Source of the DNA: Camelus dromedarius
Taxonomy: Eukaryota
DNA: 64,000 nucleotides
Direction of reading: 5' to 3'
Assembly (NCBI RefSeq): GCF_036321535.1
Contig: NC_087447.1
Coordinates: 45,818,001 to 45,882,000, forward strand
Part shown: piece after piece, positions 1 to 13,110 of the stretch
How the letters are laid out: each line of letters begins with the position of its first letter
How positions within the stretch are numbered: position 1 is the stretch's first letter
Made by a program: the position numbers and the translations under genes
The notes under the pieces: model-generated
What the model saw: only the letters and a program-made list of their open reading frames with translations
Told to the model about the DNA's origin: nothing
Database searches by the model: none

Positions 1-1780
1 TCTCCACGTGAATATGAATAAGTGACCCAGTTCTGTGGGTTACTGATCTACATAGACAATAAACTCACTAATTTAATTTCAAATATTTTAACAAGTATGA
101 AAGAAAGGCTTATTTTTTGGCTTTGAATTTCACTATGTCTCTTTACAGACAGTTTTTTCCAAACTTTTATAACTGCTTTGAGTTTCCATAGGTATTATGA
201 CCAGTTCTGATTTAAGAATATTAAGTAATCTGTATTTTCAGTCCTTTTTCTAGATGTCCAAGTGGAGCTGATAGTGAAAGTTCTCTCTGCTCTGTTGGGT
301 GAGATGTAAGAAGTGTCCCCGCTGCCTATTTATCCAATTGGTGACCATTTGTCACACCCCCTGTGCTTGCTTCGTTCAGAATACTGATAGAAGCAAAGAA
401 GAGAGAGAGGTGAAGAGAGTGACGTTTTCTAGAACTTAAGTGTGATGAAGCCCCTCAGGCTCCTGCAACTTTTACTTCATGTCTGTGAGTCATTATAATA
501 TCCCACTTAAGGATGCTGTGTTTGCTTAAGATAATATGATTTGATTTGCTGCCACTTGCAGTGTAGTGTCTTACTAATACAGACTTTCTAATTGCCAGAG
601 TTGAGTTTGAACTAAATATAGTAGTGCTTATTAGAAGGGGTTATTCATTCAGATAACTTTTAGTAAGGACCTAACTAGATCCTATCAATATACATGTGAC
701 TACTCCATTTACTTTATGATTTATGACTGCTGTTTGTGCTTGATTTTATTTTATGTCCCAAGAATGTAGAACAAGTGAACTCTATATGCATGAGAGCTTC
801 CAGACATACTCACAGATTCTTTGGCTTTCTTATCATAAAATATATTCATGTCTTCAAAATTTGCTGGAATTACTATGCCTTAACAAACATACAATGAACA
901 ACTTATATGTTCCAGGCACTTTGCTGGACATTGACAAAGATAGAAATTAAAAGACCCTATTTCAGTTATGACTCTATTTCATTGATGTAGAATACAGACA
1001 GTTAAGAAATAATACTGTTGTTTAGACCTATAACTGTCAAAAAAAAAGATATTATATAGCCTTGGTTAAGGAGCAGCTCACCCAATATGCATACTAAAGG
1101 AGGTAATTTATTAAATATGTTGCAGAAAATCAAAAATATAAATGAATGAAATATTTGCTTGTTCCTGGTTTTCACATTTAATACATACTTCACAGGAGCA
1201 TTTTTATGGTTTATTTGATTTTGCTGATGACACGTACATCCCCCTACAGCTCTCCCCACCCCAGCGCCACACACATAGCCTAGGTGTTTAGGAGATGCTG
1301 ATTCTATGTGTGTATGTGTGTACATGTGTGTGAGTGAGTGAGTGACTGTGATTAATTTTTTAGTTCACTTTAGTCACTGTTGACCATGTCTGAGTTATTT
1401 AGAGCCATATTTGCTTTAACCTAAATGAGCATACTAATTTTCTTTTTTTTTTAAGAATAATACTTTGAAGTTTATTTAACCATAAGTAAGATAGTGTTTC
1501 ATGTGGCTGTTGTTGATATAGTCATATAGCTGGTTTTGCAGAGACAGGAAAAGGGGAAAAGAAGATGGCAAACAGAGTTATCAGCATATTATTATAATGC
1601 CAAGCCATCTAGTATGTTGTTGCTGCTAAATTAAATCAATAATTTGAAATTTGATGAGCTTGCTGTATATGCAGTACATATTTGTCTCATTCTTTATTAC
1701 TTCACTGTCGCTCTCAAATCCCTACATTTGTTTCACAATTGCCAAGTGACCTGAGCATTCATTGCAGCTGAAATTTCCCA

Positions 1781-2722
1781 TCAACCTGGTTTCCCACATA
1801 ATTTTGTAAGGATCAGACTTCTAATCTGCTGACTCTTCACCGAGTACACAACGGGATTCATTAGAGGGGGAACCAGAAGGAAAGTATCAGCTATGACGAC
1901 CCTAATAAGTGGGGAAACACTTTTGGCAAAGTGGTGAATAATAGCCAAGGTGACAATAGGCACATAGAAGATGAGCACAGCACAGATGTGGGAGATGCAA
2001 GTGTTGAGGACTTTGAGACAGCCCTTGTGTGAGGCAATGCTCAGAACAATTTTCAGGATCAGGACATAAGACACAGAAATACACACCAAGTCTAACATAG
2101 CCATTAGAGCCACAAGTAATCCATAGATGATATTGACCCTGTTATCAGAGCAGGCCAGCTTCATGACATCCTGATGGAGGCAGTAGGAGTGGCATAGAAG
2201 GCTTTTCTTACAGAATTTTAGCCTCTTTAGAATAAAGGGGAAAGGAAAGACCAATAGGATACTTTTCACAGCAAATGCAAGGCCAACTTTCATGACTCTG
2301 GCACTGGTCAGAATGGAGGTGTATCGCAGAGGGTTGTAGATAGCTATAAAGCGATCGATGGACATGATGAGAAGAACTGATGACTCCATAGCTGAGAATC
2401 CATGAATGAAAAACTCCTGAGCAAAGCAAGCACCAGGGGAAATTCTAGTGACGTTGAACAAGAAGATTCTCAGCATGGTTGGAAGGGAGGAGATGGACAG
2501 TCCCAGATCAGAAAAGGCCAGCATGGAGAGGAAATAGTACATAGGCTCATGCAGAGAGGTCTCTGTTTCTATGAAAAAGAGGATGGTGCAGTTCCCCAAG
2601 ATGGCAATGAGGTACATGAGGCACATTGGGATAGAGACCCAAATGTGAGCATGCTCCATGCCTGGGATCCCAGTCAGGAAGAAGGTAGAGATTTCCACTT
2701 CAGAGGTGTTAAAGATGGACAT
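1781..2722 (-). CDS. Class I olfactory receptor, OR51A subfamily (OR51A7-like), intact, 313 aa
   Basis: Single-exon ORF with OR motifs GN (TM1), LHEPMYYFLSML, MSIDRFIAIYNPLRY, HSYCLHQDVMKLAC, KVLNTCISHICAV, PPLMNPVVYSVK. N-terminal NTS sequon. Splice acceptor ccattgcag|gaag (AG at 2770-2769). Confidence 0.95.
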   Translation of the reverse strand: MSIFNTSEVEISTFFLTGIPGMEHAHIWVSIPMCLMYLIAILGNCTILFFIETETSLHEPMYYFLSMLAFSDLGLSISSLPTMLRIFLFNVTRISPGACFAQEFFIHGFSAMESSVLLIMSIDRFIAIYNPLRYTSILTSARVMKVGLAFAVKSILLVFPFPFILKRLKFCKKSLLCHSYCLHQDVMKLACSDNRVNIIYGLLVALMAMLDLVCISVSYVLILKIVLSIASHKGCLKVLNTCISHICAVLIFYVPIVTLAIIHHFAKSVSPLIRVVIADTFLLVPPLMNPVVYSVKSQQIRSLILTKLCGKPG

Positions 2723-3189
2723 TGCTGGAATATGAGGGGCTCAGGATATAAGTCTCAGAATAGACTTCCTGCAATGGCAGAAATTGATTTGCTTAAGTGT
2801 GTATTTGTTTAGCCATTTGATCAGTGAAAATCTCATAGTTATAGTGTTCTACAATAATTCTTAGACTAAAACAAAACATTTAAAAAATATGAACAGAAGC
2901 AATATCATAACGTATATTAGTAGAATATCAAGAGAACTGTGAAAATATATTTATTCCACATATATTCCTCAATAGTTGGATATAAATATTTGAAAGGCTT
3001 TTCTTAGACTCAGTACACAGGAAGGAAATAAAATTTTCCAGCCTCTATTTCCTACATAATATTTTGTTAGGATAGTGATGCTATATGAATTTGGAAATTG
3101 TATACATTGATATAGGTTAGGTTCAAATCAAGAATTTCACACTACAAACGCAGTTGCAGTTTTAATATTTAAACTTTGAGAAATTGCAT

Positions 3190-4290
3190 TCTTTTTCAAA
3201 AATGATGATAGGAAAACTGGATTGGCATGGAAAAGAATTAATTTCAAACCCTACCTCATACCATATAAAAATAAGACATATCAAAATATTTATTTATATA
3301 CAATAGCTAAACAGTAAAACTATTTAAAAGAAACTTAGGAGTAAATCTTTGTGAATTTAGGTTAGGCAATGGATTTATATGGCACCAAAAATACACACCA
3401 AAAAAAAGAAAAAATACATAAATTAGGTTTAATCATAATTTTTAAAAGTTGTGATTCAAAAGATACCATCAAGAAAGTCAACAGACAGCCTACAGAATGA
3501 GAGAAGATATTTTCAAGTCATATATCTGGATATGCATTCAAAATTTAGAAAGAATCCTTACAAATCAGTGATGAACATGGAAGAGATCCTCCTCATCGTT
3601 GATCATCGAGGAAATGTAAGCCAAAACCCCAGTGAGAGATCATTCCACTTCTTTAGGTTAGCTAAAATTGAAACAATAGCAAGTATTGACAAGGATCTAG
3701 AGAAAGCTGAACATCTGCACATTGCTGGTGGAATTATAAAATGCTGTGCAAACTCTGGAAGGCAGTTTGATAGTTCCTCAAAATGTCGAACACAGTTACC
3801 ATATGACCCAGAAATTACATACTTAGATATATTGCTAAGATAATTTTTTTAATTAAGAAACAAATCAAAACCTGTACACAGCCCAATTTTCCATCAGCTG
3901 ATGTGTGAATAAACAAACAGTTCTGCCTCCATGCAGTGGACTATTATTTGGCTATAAAAATGAATGAGTACTGATAAATGCAATAGCACAGTTGAACCTT
4001 TATAACATTATCTCAGTGAAAGAAGACAGTCACAAAATACCACACATTGCATTATTTCATCTATATAAAATGTTTAGAAGCGGCATCCATAGAGGCAGAG
4101 AGTATATCAGTGATTTTCAGGGCCTGGGGAAAGGGATGAATCAGTAGTAGCTGCTAATGGATAAAGGATTTCTTTGGGGGTTGTTGAAAATGATGAAGAT
4201 AGTTGTAGAACTCTGTGAATACACTAAAACCCAAAGAACCATATAATTTAAAATCATGAATTTTATGTTAAGTGAATTAAATCTCGGTAA
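3190..4290 (+). mobile_element. Old LINE-1 (L1M-type) ORF2 3' end / 3'UTR fragment
   Basis: Degenerate L1 phrases (aaaccctacctcataccatat, cagttaccatatgacccagaaatt, ctgtgaatacactaaaacc). A-rich, no open frame. Confidence 0.75.
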
Positions 4291-6489
4291 AGTTATTTAT
4301 TCCTCCTAAATACTTACTTTTATTACTCCTTTATATATAAAATTTACAATATGAAAGTGGCATTATGAAAAGCCACTTGGGTACCTTGATTCCCTGTTAC
4401 TAAGGTACAGAGTAGACTAGTCTGAATGCTATCTAGGAAAATTTGAGGTTAACTGAGACAGCTGGCCTTCTGCTTTAAGGTAAAAGGTCCATGATTTTAG
4501 GTACCAAATATGAAATAGGAATACCAACCTTGGGTCATTTTTAAAAGGGTTCTGCCAACACAGTGAGAACATGGGTTGAGGAATTAAGATCAGTCAACTA
4601 AAGGAGAGGCAAAGCTCAAAGGAAAGTAGCACTGAGAGGATCTAGCTGGTGAGGGGTGGGAGGATGGTCTGTGAAGATTGCAGAGATGTCCTGATGAGAA
4701 AAAGGGAGCCTCAAATATCTCCCAGAATTGGAAAGCCTGAAGCCATCTTATGGCAAAACTAGTCAAGTAAAATGTTCTCTGTCTACAATTTTTTCTCCTC
4801 TGTTCCTATACTCCAACCTCTGAAAGATCATCAGCTGGGTGAAGAGGGAAGTGGTATGGGAGAAAGGGCTAGGAAGACAAACATCTCTTCCCTGTTGGGA
4901 AGGTGCTATTTGCAACTGACTTCAGCTTGGAAAAAGTAAGAAATCTTACTTTTGACTGAAGATAGAAGCAGTTCACTAAAGGTTTTAATTATGAATTGTA
5001 TTTTTTAAATTGAATTGACATCAACACTTTCTTTTACCTAGGGATTACCTAGAATGTTATAGTATCTGCCCCAGTTTATATCAAACATCCAGGAATGGAC
5101 CACCTACATTTTAAAAGTTTAAAAGTGATAGGAGAAGATACCAAAAAAAAAAAAAAAAAAAATTGTGCCTTTGTTTTTTTATTAACCCCCATGATTTCTG
5201 CTTTTTGTCTTGTCATGTTATGGAAGCATTTTTGAACTAGAACAAAATAGACACATAATATTTAGCTGTCAAAATTTATGATTTTATGAGTTATCTAAAG
5301 AAAAGGAATTGAAAAGTTAGAGTAAAACTACAGTTAATGTTTTACATTTGTTTGATGATATTTACTGTCTAGGGTGCTGAACATGGTACTTTCCACAATC
5401 ATACTTAATGGGGCCACAAACTGGGAATTTAAAATTTGCCCTGATTGTAGAATACGCCCTGTGATATGATAAGGGCATAAGGATTTTAGATCAAGGGAAA
5501 TATTGCTTTCCCGGAAAGGAATTTTTGAGTCCCATTAGGAAAATAAATAATACGGATTTTTTTCTTTGTCATGGGCAAAAAATATGGGACTAAATACTTG
5601 TAAGAGTGATCACTGCATAATTCAGGCCAGAAAGGGATGTTCATTGCCACTCTCCTCCCTCTTCATATCTAACTTCCCTCTTAATGCCCCAGTCCACTTC
5701 CTTCAATTTCCAGAATATTATGCTGTTTCAAGTCTCTTGCTTTTACATGTGATAAAAATGTTTTTCCTTTCCTTGTCTGCCTTTATTCTAAATCCTTTCC
5801 TGGAACATTTCTTCACCTTCCACCCAAAATAGAATATGCCTTTCTTTATGTCCTTTGGCATGTTTATCATATGAATTATGATCCACTTATTTGACATCTG
5901 TTCCTTCTACTCCACTGTTGTCTTTGTATTTTGTACTTACCTGGATGTCCCTTGATGTTTTTGCACATTTGGTTCTCAAGAAGTATTTGTTGGATAAATA
6001 TAAGCTGTCTTTCTTAACTGGAGACTGATGGAATGCAGGCCTCGAATAAAATGAATAAGGGTAACTGCTACACATGGATGACTGCCTCATCTGGCATCAA
6101 TTCTTTACCCCAAACCTTGACTTGCTATCTGATCTGTATGAGTAAAGTAGTCCCAGAGGGTCAATGTTAGTTACCAGTGAGGATTAAAAGGCAACATTTA
6201 AGTAAGAGATACACATTTTAATGTAATTGATGACTGGCTGTCATTTTGTGCTGGCATTAAAGCAATATCATTGATGATAACTTGTTCACATTATTTAAAC
6301 AGATCGTTAATGTCCCAAAGTGTCAAAAGACACATTGCAAATAAATGTAAGTTTAACATATATGGTTTGCTTTCCTACAAATTTCTAATGACTAGGGAGT
6401 TGGTATTACCTCATAAAGTGGTATATTCGTCAACTGTTTATTACGCCATCTTGTTCTCTTTTTTACTCTCTCTTGTTCTCTCATGTGTT

Positions 6490-6697
6490 TGTTTTCCTAT
6501 TGAAGTATAGTCAGTTTACAATGTTGTGTCAGTTTCTGGTGTACAGCATAATGTTTCAGTCATACATATACATACATATATTCCTTTTCATGTTCTTTTT
6601 CAATATAGGTTACTACAAGATATTGAATATAGCTCCCTGTGCTGTACAGTATAAATCTGTTTATCTATTTTATATATAGTAGTATCTGTAAATCTTG
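6490..6697 (-). mobile_element. Young lineage-specific L1 3' end with 17-bp TSD
   Basis: tacaatgttgtgtcagtttctggtgtacagcataatg... L1 3'UTR. Flanks ttgttctctcatgtgtt (6473-6489) and ttgttctgtcatatgtt (6698-6714), 2 mismatches. Confidence 0.85.
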
Positions 6698-8730
6698 TTG
6701 TTCTGTCATATGTTACAAAAGTCTTGCAGATTCCTTTTCTACACCATCAGTATCAACTTTTCTACCACTGAATCTTTTTCTAAATATGCTTATCCTCTCA
6801 CTCTCACAGAAAAATAAAGTATTAAAGTAAACAGACAGGGGATAATAGGCTAAATAGTGAAGAATATGGAGAAAATTCTAAATGTAATTAGCACAAAAGA
6901 AGGTAAAAACATTATAAGCAACTGATTCAATAGCTATTACATTTATGTTTAGAAGGAACTCACCACTACTATCAGAGGAAGCCGTATGTCTCCACAGTGT
7001 CTTTGTGCCAGGTGCCAGGCTTGTCTTCCTGTAATGTTAGTTTTGTCTTCTGTCTTCTCTTAAGAAAATCAGAATAACCCCCTCTTCCCAAAGTCAAACA
7101 CACTGACTGACGTGCAAAGCCCTGCCCGCTTCCTTGTCAGGTACACACACTTCCAGCCTCCTGGTCAGCCCTGCTCCCCACTTAAGTCCAATGTTGCTAC
7201 CAGGTGGGTTGATTAGCCCCTAAACACACCTGTCATAATGTTCTCTGCTTCCATGTTATTGCTTCAGAAGATAATCTGAAATGAAAGAGTGCCTTGATGC
7301 ATGTAAAGCAATAATTACTTTTTAGTTTTACATGGGGCACCCTAGGAAAGAATTTGAAATTTTTGATATTACAAAACTTGAGCAACATCTGTTGTTGCTT
7401 CTGTTTGGAAATCCAGTTGTGTTTTGGTGGGGGGGGGGGTTGTTTGTTTGTTTGTTTTGCTCTCATTAGTTTGCTTCCTTGTTTTAACCTTGACTAGTGA
7501 ACATAAATGAGTTTACAAAATTTAGGTCAAGGGCTAACTATGTAATTAGAGTAATAATAACTCAGTGAGTAGTGTCCTTTTGGTGATAATTTTACTGCTG
7601 CTTTTCCTCCTCCCTGTATATGGTATCCCATATAATCATATATAATTTTTATATACATTGACATTAGCTGAATTAATGAAAATTGTATCCTCAGCTTAGA
7701 GTCCTCTATCTGAAAATTAAATGATTAAATGGAATTTGTACAAAATTCACCTTTACATGATTTATTAAAATTCATGAACTAGTAATAGGTAGCTTTTTGT
7801 TAGAACAGTAAAGTTGCTTTCTTGTTAATTAAGAGAGGAAAATATAAAGATTTAAAACTAACTGAAAGCATGCTGTCTTAGGACAGACTATAGAGAGGAA
7901 AACTCCAAATGGTCATTATTGTTTTCTGATTGATAACCACTGCAAATTTAGTGGTCTTGCATTTTAAACAACTTATACTAACAATATATGTAAGACAATA
8001 ACAATAATGTAAGACAATAACTTTACACTCTGCAATTATGTCACCCCAGAGCTAGGTCCAGCAACCTGACTCTGAATTTCTTTCTGTGATCAGATGATGA
8101 TTCTGGCCTAGAACCTATTTGATTTACATGGGTTATCAGGACATGAAATTCCATCAATGTTTCTGCAGAAATTGTTGGACTTTTTATAAGATTGGTCTGA
8201 TAATACCCATCCTAATCACTGGAAGACCGCAGTCAGCTAGATAATATGAGAAATGTTGCTTGAGCTGGTACAAAGAAAGATAGCAGCTGTGAACAACAAG
8301 AAACTTACCAGCAAATGAGTAGAGAGGTCATCGGTCCACACATCAGAGTAAACAAAAAACAGGAGGTACGAAGTTACCGGAGATTCACTGATGTATAGAC
8401 ACACCAATGTACCCCAACCTACAGCGTCTATTCATGCCTCTCTGATACTTTCCCAGTGGTCCAGAAGCCTCTGTGGAATCCAGCTCAGCAAGCTGTACTC
8501 AGAGGGAAAAAAAACTCCCTGAAAGATGAACTCTCAAAGTTGAGTGGAGCAAAGGAGAGTCATTCAGCATCCTATAAAGGGTAAATTCGATCTGTGGACA
8601 AATCTTAAGCCTCCTCTGTCTCTCTAGCGGAATTATGCTCCTCTTTTCCATGATTGTGAGTACCATGTGAAAAATCTTAGAGCAGTTTCACAGTGTATAA
8701 CTGTGCCTTTAGGTATCTATTTCTATATCA

Positions 8731-9348
8731 AATTCAGAGCTTCTTCACATGCTCGAGTCTCCAGAGTCTCTCCATTCTAAAGCTGATGAAGCTGTAGCTG
8801 TGCCACAAGGCCACCAAGCTAAAGAGGCTGCCCAGAAAGCAGTTAACGGAGCCACTGGTGGTCCAGCTGTTTAAAACTGACCAGGGACCACGAAAAAGAA
8901 ACTCATGCTTCACAGAAGAAAAATACCTAAACATCAAAAGAGTTAAATNNNNNNNNNNNNNNNNNNNNNNNNNNNNNNNNNNNNNNNNNNNNNNNNNNNN
9001 NNNNNNNNNNNNNNNNNNNNNNNNNNNNNNNNNNNNNNNNNNNNNNNNNNNNNNNNNNNNNNNNNNNNNNNNNNNNAAAACAACAAAAAAGCTACAAAAA
9101 AAATANNNNNNNNNNNNNNNNNNNNNNNNNNNNNNNNNNNNNNNNNNNNNNNNNNNNNNNNNNNNNNNNNNNNNNNNNNNNNNNNNNNNNNNNNNNNNNN
9201 NNNNNNNNNNNNNNNNNNNNNNNNNNNNNNNNNNNNNNNNNNNNNNNNNNNNNNNNNNNNNNNNNNNNNNNNNNNNNNNNNNNNNNNNNNNNNNNNNNNN
9301 NNNNNNNNNNNNNNNNNNNNNNNNNNNNNNNNNNNNNNNNNNNNNNNN
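8731..9348 (+). pseudogene. PABPC1: 5'-truncated processed pseudogene of PABPC1 (last 47 codons plus 3'UTR)
   Basis: 8731-8874 translates [47 protein letters not shown], matching the PABPC1 C-terminus as recalled ([47 protein letters not shown]). It runs without introns into PABPC1-like 3'UTR (gaccagggaccacgaaaaagaaac...). Most of the UTR is N-masked. Confidence 0.9.
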
Positions 9349-10489
9349 TTCTATAGGAACTCTTAATGAATCTACTGTTAGACTATTTAGAATCTACTAA
9401 AAGACTATTAGACCTAATGAGACAAACAAAGTGGCAGGATACAAGTTTGATATAGGAAAATCAATTATATTTATATACACTTGCAATGAACAATATAAAA
9501 AAGAATTTAATAAAATAATTCAATTTATAACAGTATTAAAAATAGTTAAATATTCAGAAAAAATTTAACAAGAAAGTGAAAAACTTATACTAGGAAAATA
9601 TCAAAACATTAATGAATGAAATTAGAGAAGATCATCAAAAATATTTTTTAAAAAAGATCTTTAAGACAATTTCCATTTATTAGTGGGAAAAATCCCATGT
9701 GAAGAAATAAGATTTAACCATGTTAAGATGGCAGTACTTCTCAGCTGATCTACAAATTCAATAAAATCCTTAACAAAATCATAGTTGACTTCCTTGTGCA
9801 AAATGACAAGCTTATCCTAAACTTCTTTTGAAATTGCAAGACACAGAATGGTGAAAAACAATCCTATTAAAGAAGAATAAAAAAAGACAACTCACATTTC
9901 CAGATTTCAAAACTTACTGCAAAGCAACTGTGATCAAGACAATTTAGTTCTAAACATAAAGATAGACAAAACATATCAATGGAATAGAATTGAGACTCTA
10001 GGAACAAATGTATATATGTATGGTCAACCGATTTTCAACAAGGATGCCAAGACCATTCAATGTGAAAACACCATTTCAATAAATGCTAGGAATACTAGAT
10101 AGCTGTATGCAAAGGAAAAAGAAGATTACACCATTTCAAAAATGAACTAAAAATAGATCAAAGATATAAATGCAAGAGATAAAACTACAAAACTTTCTTA
10201 GAACAAAATGTAAAGGTAAATTTTTATGATCTCAGATTTGGCAGAGGTTTTTAATATATGACACCAAAAGCATGAACTACAAAAGAAAAAAAAATGGACT
10301 TCATCAAAATTAAAATATTTTGTGCTCCAAAGGAAAGGATACCACCAAGAAAGTGATATGACAACCCAGGAAATGGGAGAAAATATCTGCAAATCATATA
10401 TGATAAGAGCCTTATATCTAGAATATATAAAATAATAAAAAGACAAAGAAATTTTCAATGGTCAAGGGACTTGAATAGACACTTCTCTT

Positions 10490-11400
10490 TTTTTATTGAC
10501 GTATAACCAGTTTACAATGTTGTGTCAATTTCTGGTGTACAGCATAATATTTCAGTCATACATTTACATACATATATTCGTTTTCATATTCTTTTTCATT
10601 ATAGGTTAATACAAGATATTGAATGTAGTTCCTTGTGCTATACAGAAGAAACTTGTTGTATATCTATTATATATATATATATACATATATATAGTAGTTA
10701 GTATCTGCAAATCTTGAACCCCCAATTCATCCCTTCCCACCCTCTTCCCCCTCTGATAACCATAAGTTTGTTTTCTATGTCTGTGAGTCTGTTTCTGTTT
10801 TGTAAATAAGTTCATTAATATCTTTCTTTTTTTAGATTCCACATATAAGTGATATCATATAGTATTTTTTTCCTCTTTCTGGCTTACTTCATTTAGAATG
10901 ACGATCACCAGGTCCATCCATGTTGCTGCAAATGGCATTATTTTATTCTTTTAATGGCTGAGTAGTATTCCATTGTATAAATATACCACAACTTCTTTAT
11001 CCAATTATCTGTGAATGGTTTCCATGTCTTGGCTATTGGAAATAGTGCTGCTATGAACATTGGGAACATTGGGGTGCATGTATCTTTTCGAATTAGAATT
11101 CCCTCCAGATATATGCCCAGGAGTGANNNNNNNNNNNNNNNNNNNNNNNNNNNNNNNNNNNNNNNNNNNNNNNNNNNNNNNNNNNNNNNNNNNNNNNNNN
11201 NNNNNNNNNNNNNNNNNNNNNNNNNNNNNNNNNNNNNNNNNNNNNNNNNNNNNNNNNNNNTTTGTGGACNNNNNNNNNNNNNNNNNNNNNNNNNNNNNNN
11301 NNNNNNNNNNNNNNNNNNNNNNNNNNNNNNNNNNNNNNNNNNNNNNNNNNNNNNNNNNNNNNNNNNNNNNNNNNNNNNNNNNNNNNNNNNNNNNNNNNNN
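10490..11400 (-). mobile_element. Young lineage-specific L1 3' end nested antisense in the older L1
   Basis: Poly-T start then tttacaatgttgtgtcaatttctggtgtacagc... It splits the host L1 between gaatagacacttctc and taaggaaatgatac. The right TSD would fall in the N gap. Confidence 0.85.
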
Positions 11401-11840
11401 TAAGGAAATGATACAAATAGCCAAAAAACACATGAAATGATGCTTGACATTATTGGTCATCAGTGAAATGAAAATTGAAGCCACAATGAAATATTATTTT
11501 ATACCCACTAGAACAGTTAGAATAAAAGAGTCAAATAAGAACAAGTGTTAATGAGGATATGGAGAAATTAGAACCCTTATACACTGCCAGTGAAAATGTA
11601 AAATTTAAAACTACTTTAGAAAAGTCTGGCAATTCTACAAATAATTAAAAATTCGAGTTACTATATAATCCAGTAATTCCACTCTGAAGTAAATAGCCAA
11701 GAGAAATGAAATTACATGTCCACACAAAAAATATATACAAGAATATATATCTCAACATTATTGATAGTAGCCAGAAGGTGGAAATAAACCAAATGTTCAT
11801 CAACTATCTGAATGATAAACAAAATGTGTGATACACATTT

Positions 11841-12375
11841 TGATGAGTTTGAGGATTTGGGGAGTGATCAAGGAAAAGGTTTGACCACAAGATGGCAGTA
11901 GCACACACTGAGATTCCTTGGGCAGCACTTTGACAGCTTGTGTGGTAGGGCAAGTCCCACACAGCAGGAGACTTTCCAGAGGTAGTGGCCAGTGCCATCA
12001 CTCCAAGGGGAAAAGGGCAAGGAAAATCCTGGAGCAGAGGGTAATTAGACAGGGGCATATGTTTCTTGATATTATCTTTCAGTGGCATGGAAGGTAGTCT
12101 CTGGGTCAGAGAGCCCTGGAGGGCAGCAGTGATTTGGAATCTTTTATAATCCCAGGGTTTGTCTTATCTATAGCTAGCAGAAGTTGGGTACAGTTTTGTG
12201 AAGTATACCAATCAAGCAGTTTCTTTATGGTTGTCATTGTGTCTGTTTGGAATGTATTTGAAGCAATTGAATGTGAAGCATTTCAATTTGGTGCCAATGG
12301 GCTTGAACTCAAGGTCCTATTTGTTGAAGAAGTAAACAATATACAGATCAATGTACAGGGGCTATCTTTAATTCA
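11841..12375. mobile_element. Probable solo LTR inserted in the old L1 3'UTR
   Basis: About 535 bp of more GC-rich non-L1 sequence, starting TG and ending CA, interrupting the L1 phrase aaaatgtgtgatacacat...gttattcagcc. cattt occurs at both ends. Family not recognised. Confidence 0.45.
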
Positions 12376-12799
12376 TTTACATAACACCATAAAGTGAAAT
12401 GTTATTCAGCCATGAAAAGAACCAAAGTACAGATACAGGCTACATCAGTATGCTAAGTGAAAGAAAACAGCCACAAAATACCACATTATTTATTATTGCA
12501 TTCATAAGGAAGTCCAGAGTAGGGAAATCTATTGAGCTAGAAAGTAGATTTATGATTCATCAGGACTAGACGGAGGATATGGGATAGAGGTGATAGCTAG
12601 TGTGTGAAATTTTTTTGAGAAGATAAAACAGTTGCCTATTTTGATGATTACACATATCTGTTAGTATATTTAAAAACAGTGAATCGTATACTTTAAATGG
12701 GTGAGTTGCATAGTGTGCAAATTATATCTGAGAAAGCTGTTAAAATTTTAAAATGTAATAAAACAGTACTTAGCAAACTAGGCCCCTAAAAGTATGTAC

Positions 12800-13110
12800 T
12801 TTTTAAATAAAGGAATGGAGAAAGATATACCATGCTAATGCTAATTAAAAGAAAGCTGGAAAAGTTATATTAATTTCAGAAAAGACATACTTTAAAATGA
12901 GAAAAATTATCAAGGATAAAGAAGGGCATTACGTTTTGATAAAGTGATTTCCAAGAAAACAGAACAAATCTTAATATTTATGCACCTAACAACAAAGCAT
13001 CTAAATACCTAGGGTAAAACTGAAAGAATAACAAGGAGAAATAGAAATCCATCATAATATTTAGAGCCTTTAACATCTCTCTTTCAGTAACAGATTAAAA
13101 GCAAGCAGAA
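12800..13110 (+). mobile_element. Old L1 ORF2 endonuclease-region fragment
   Basis: aaaggaatggagaaagatataccatgctaatg...gataaagaagggcattac...atgcacctaacaac is typical of the L1 EN region. Confidence 0.75.

Larger units (their letters stand above)
9350..12760 (+). mobile_element. Old L1 (L1MA/MB-type) ORF2 3' half and 3'UTR, interrupted by two later insertions
   Basis: Degenerate ORF2 (aagatggcagtact, gatttcaaaacttactgcaaagc, ggacttcatcaaaattaaaa). The sequence resumes in register at 11401 after the younger L1. Confidence 0.85.

Noticed and set aside
2402-2812. Antisense or alternate-frame ORFs over OR genes (also 1902, 2208, 14683, 21084, 47905, 47936, 57861, 57893, 58056)
   Set aside because: Shadow ORFs of OR coding sequence with no independent coding signal.
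4380-5130. Possible ancient L1 3'UTR or LTR
   Set aside because: No termini, TSD or confidently recalled consensus.
8858-11484. Long X-rich ORFs (also 23921, 42233, 48969, 49655, 50422, 50601)
   Set aside because: Artefacts of N runs lacking stop codons.
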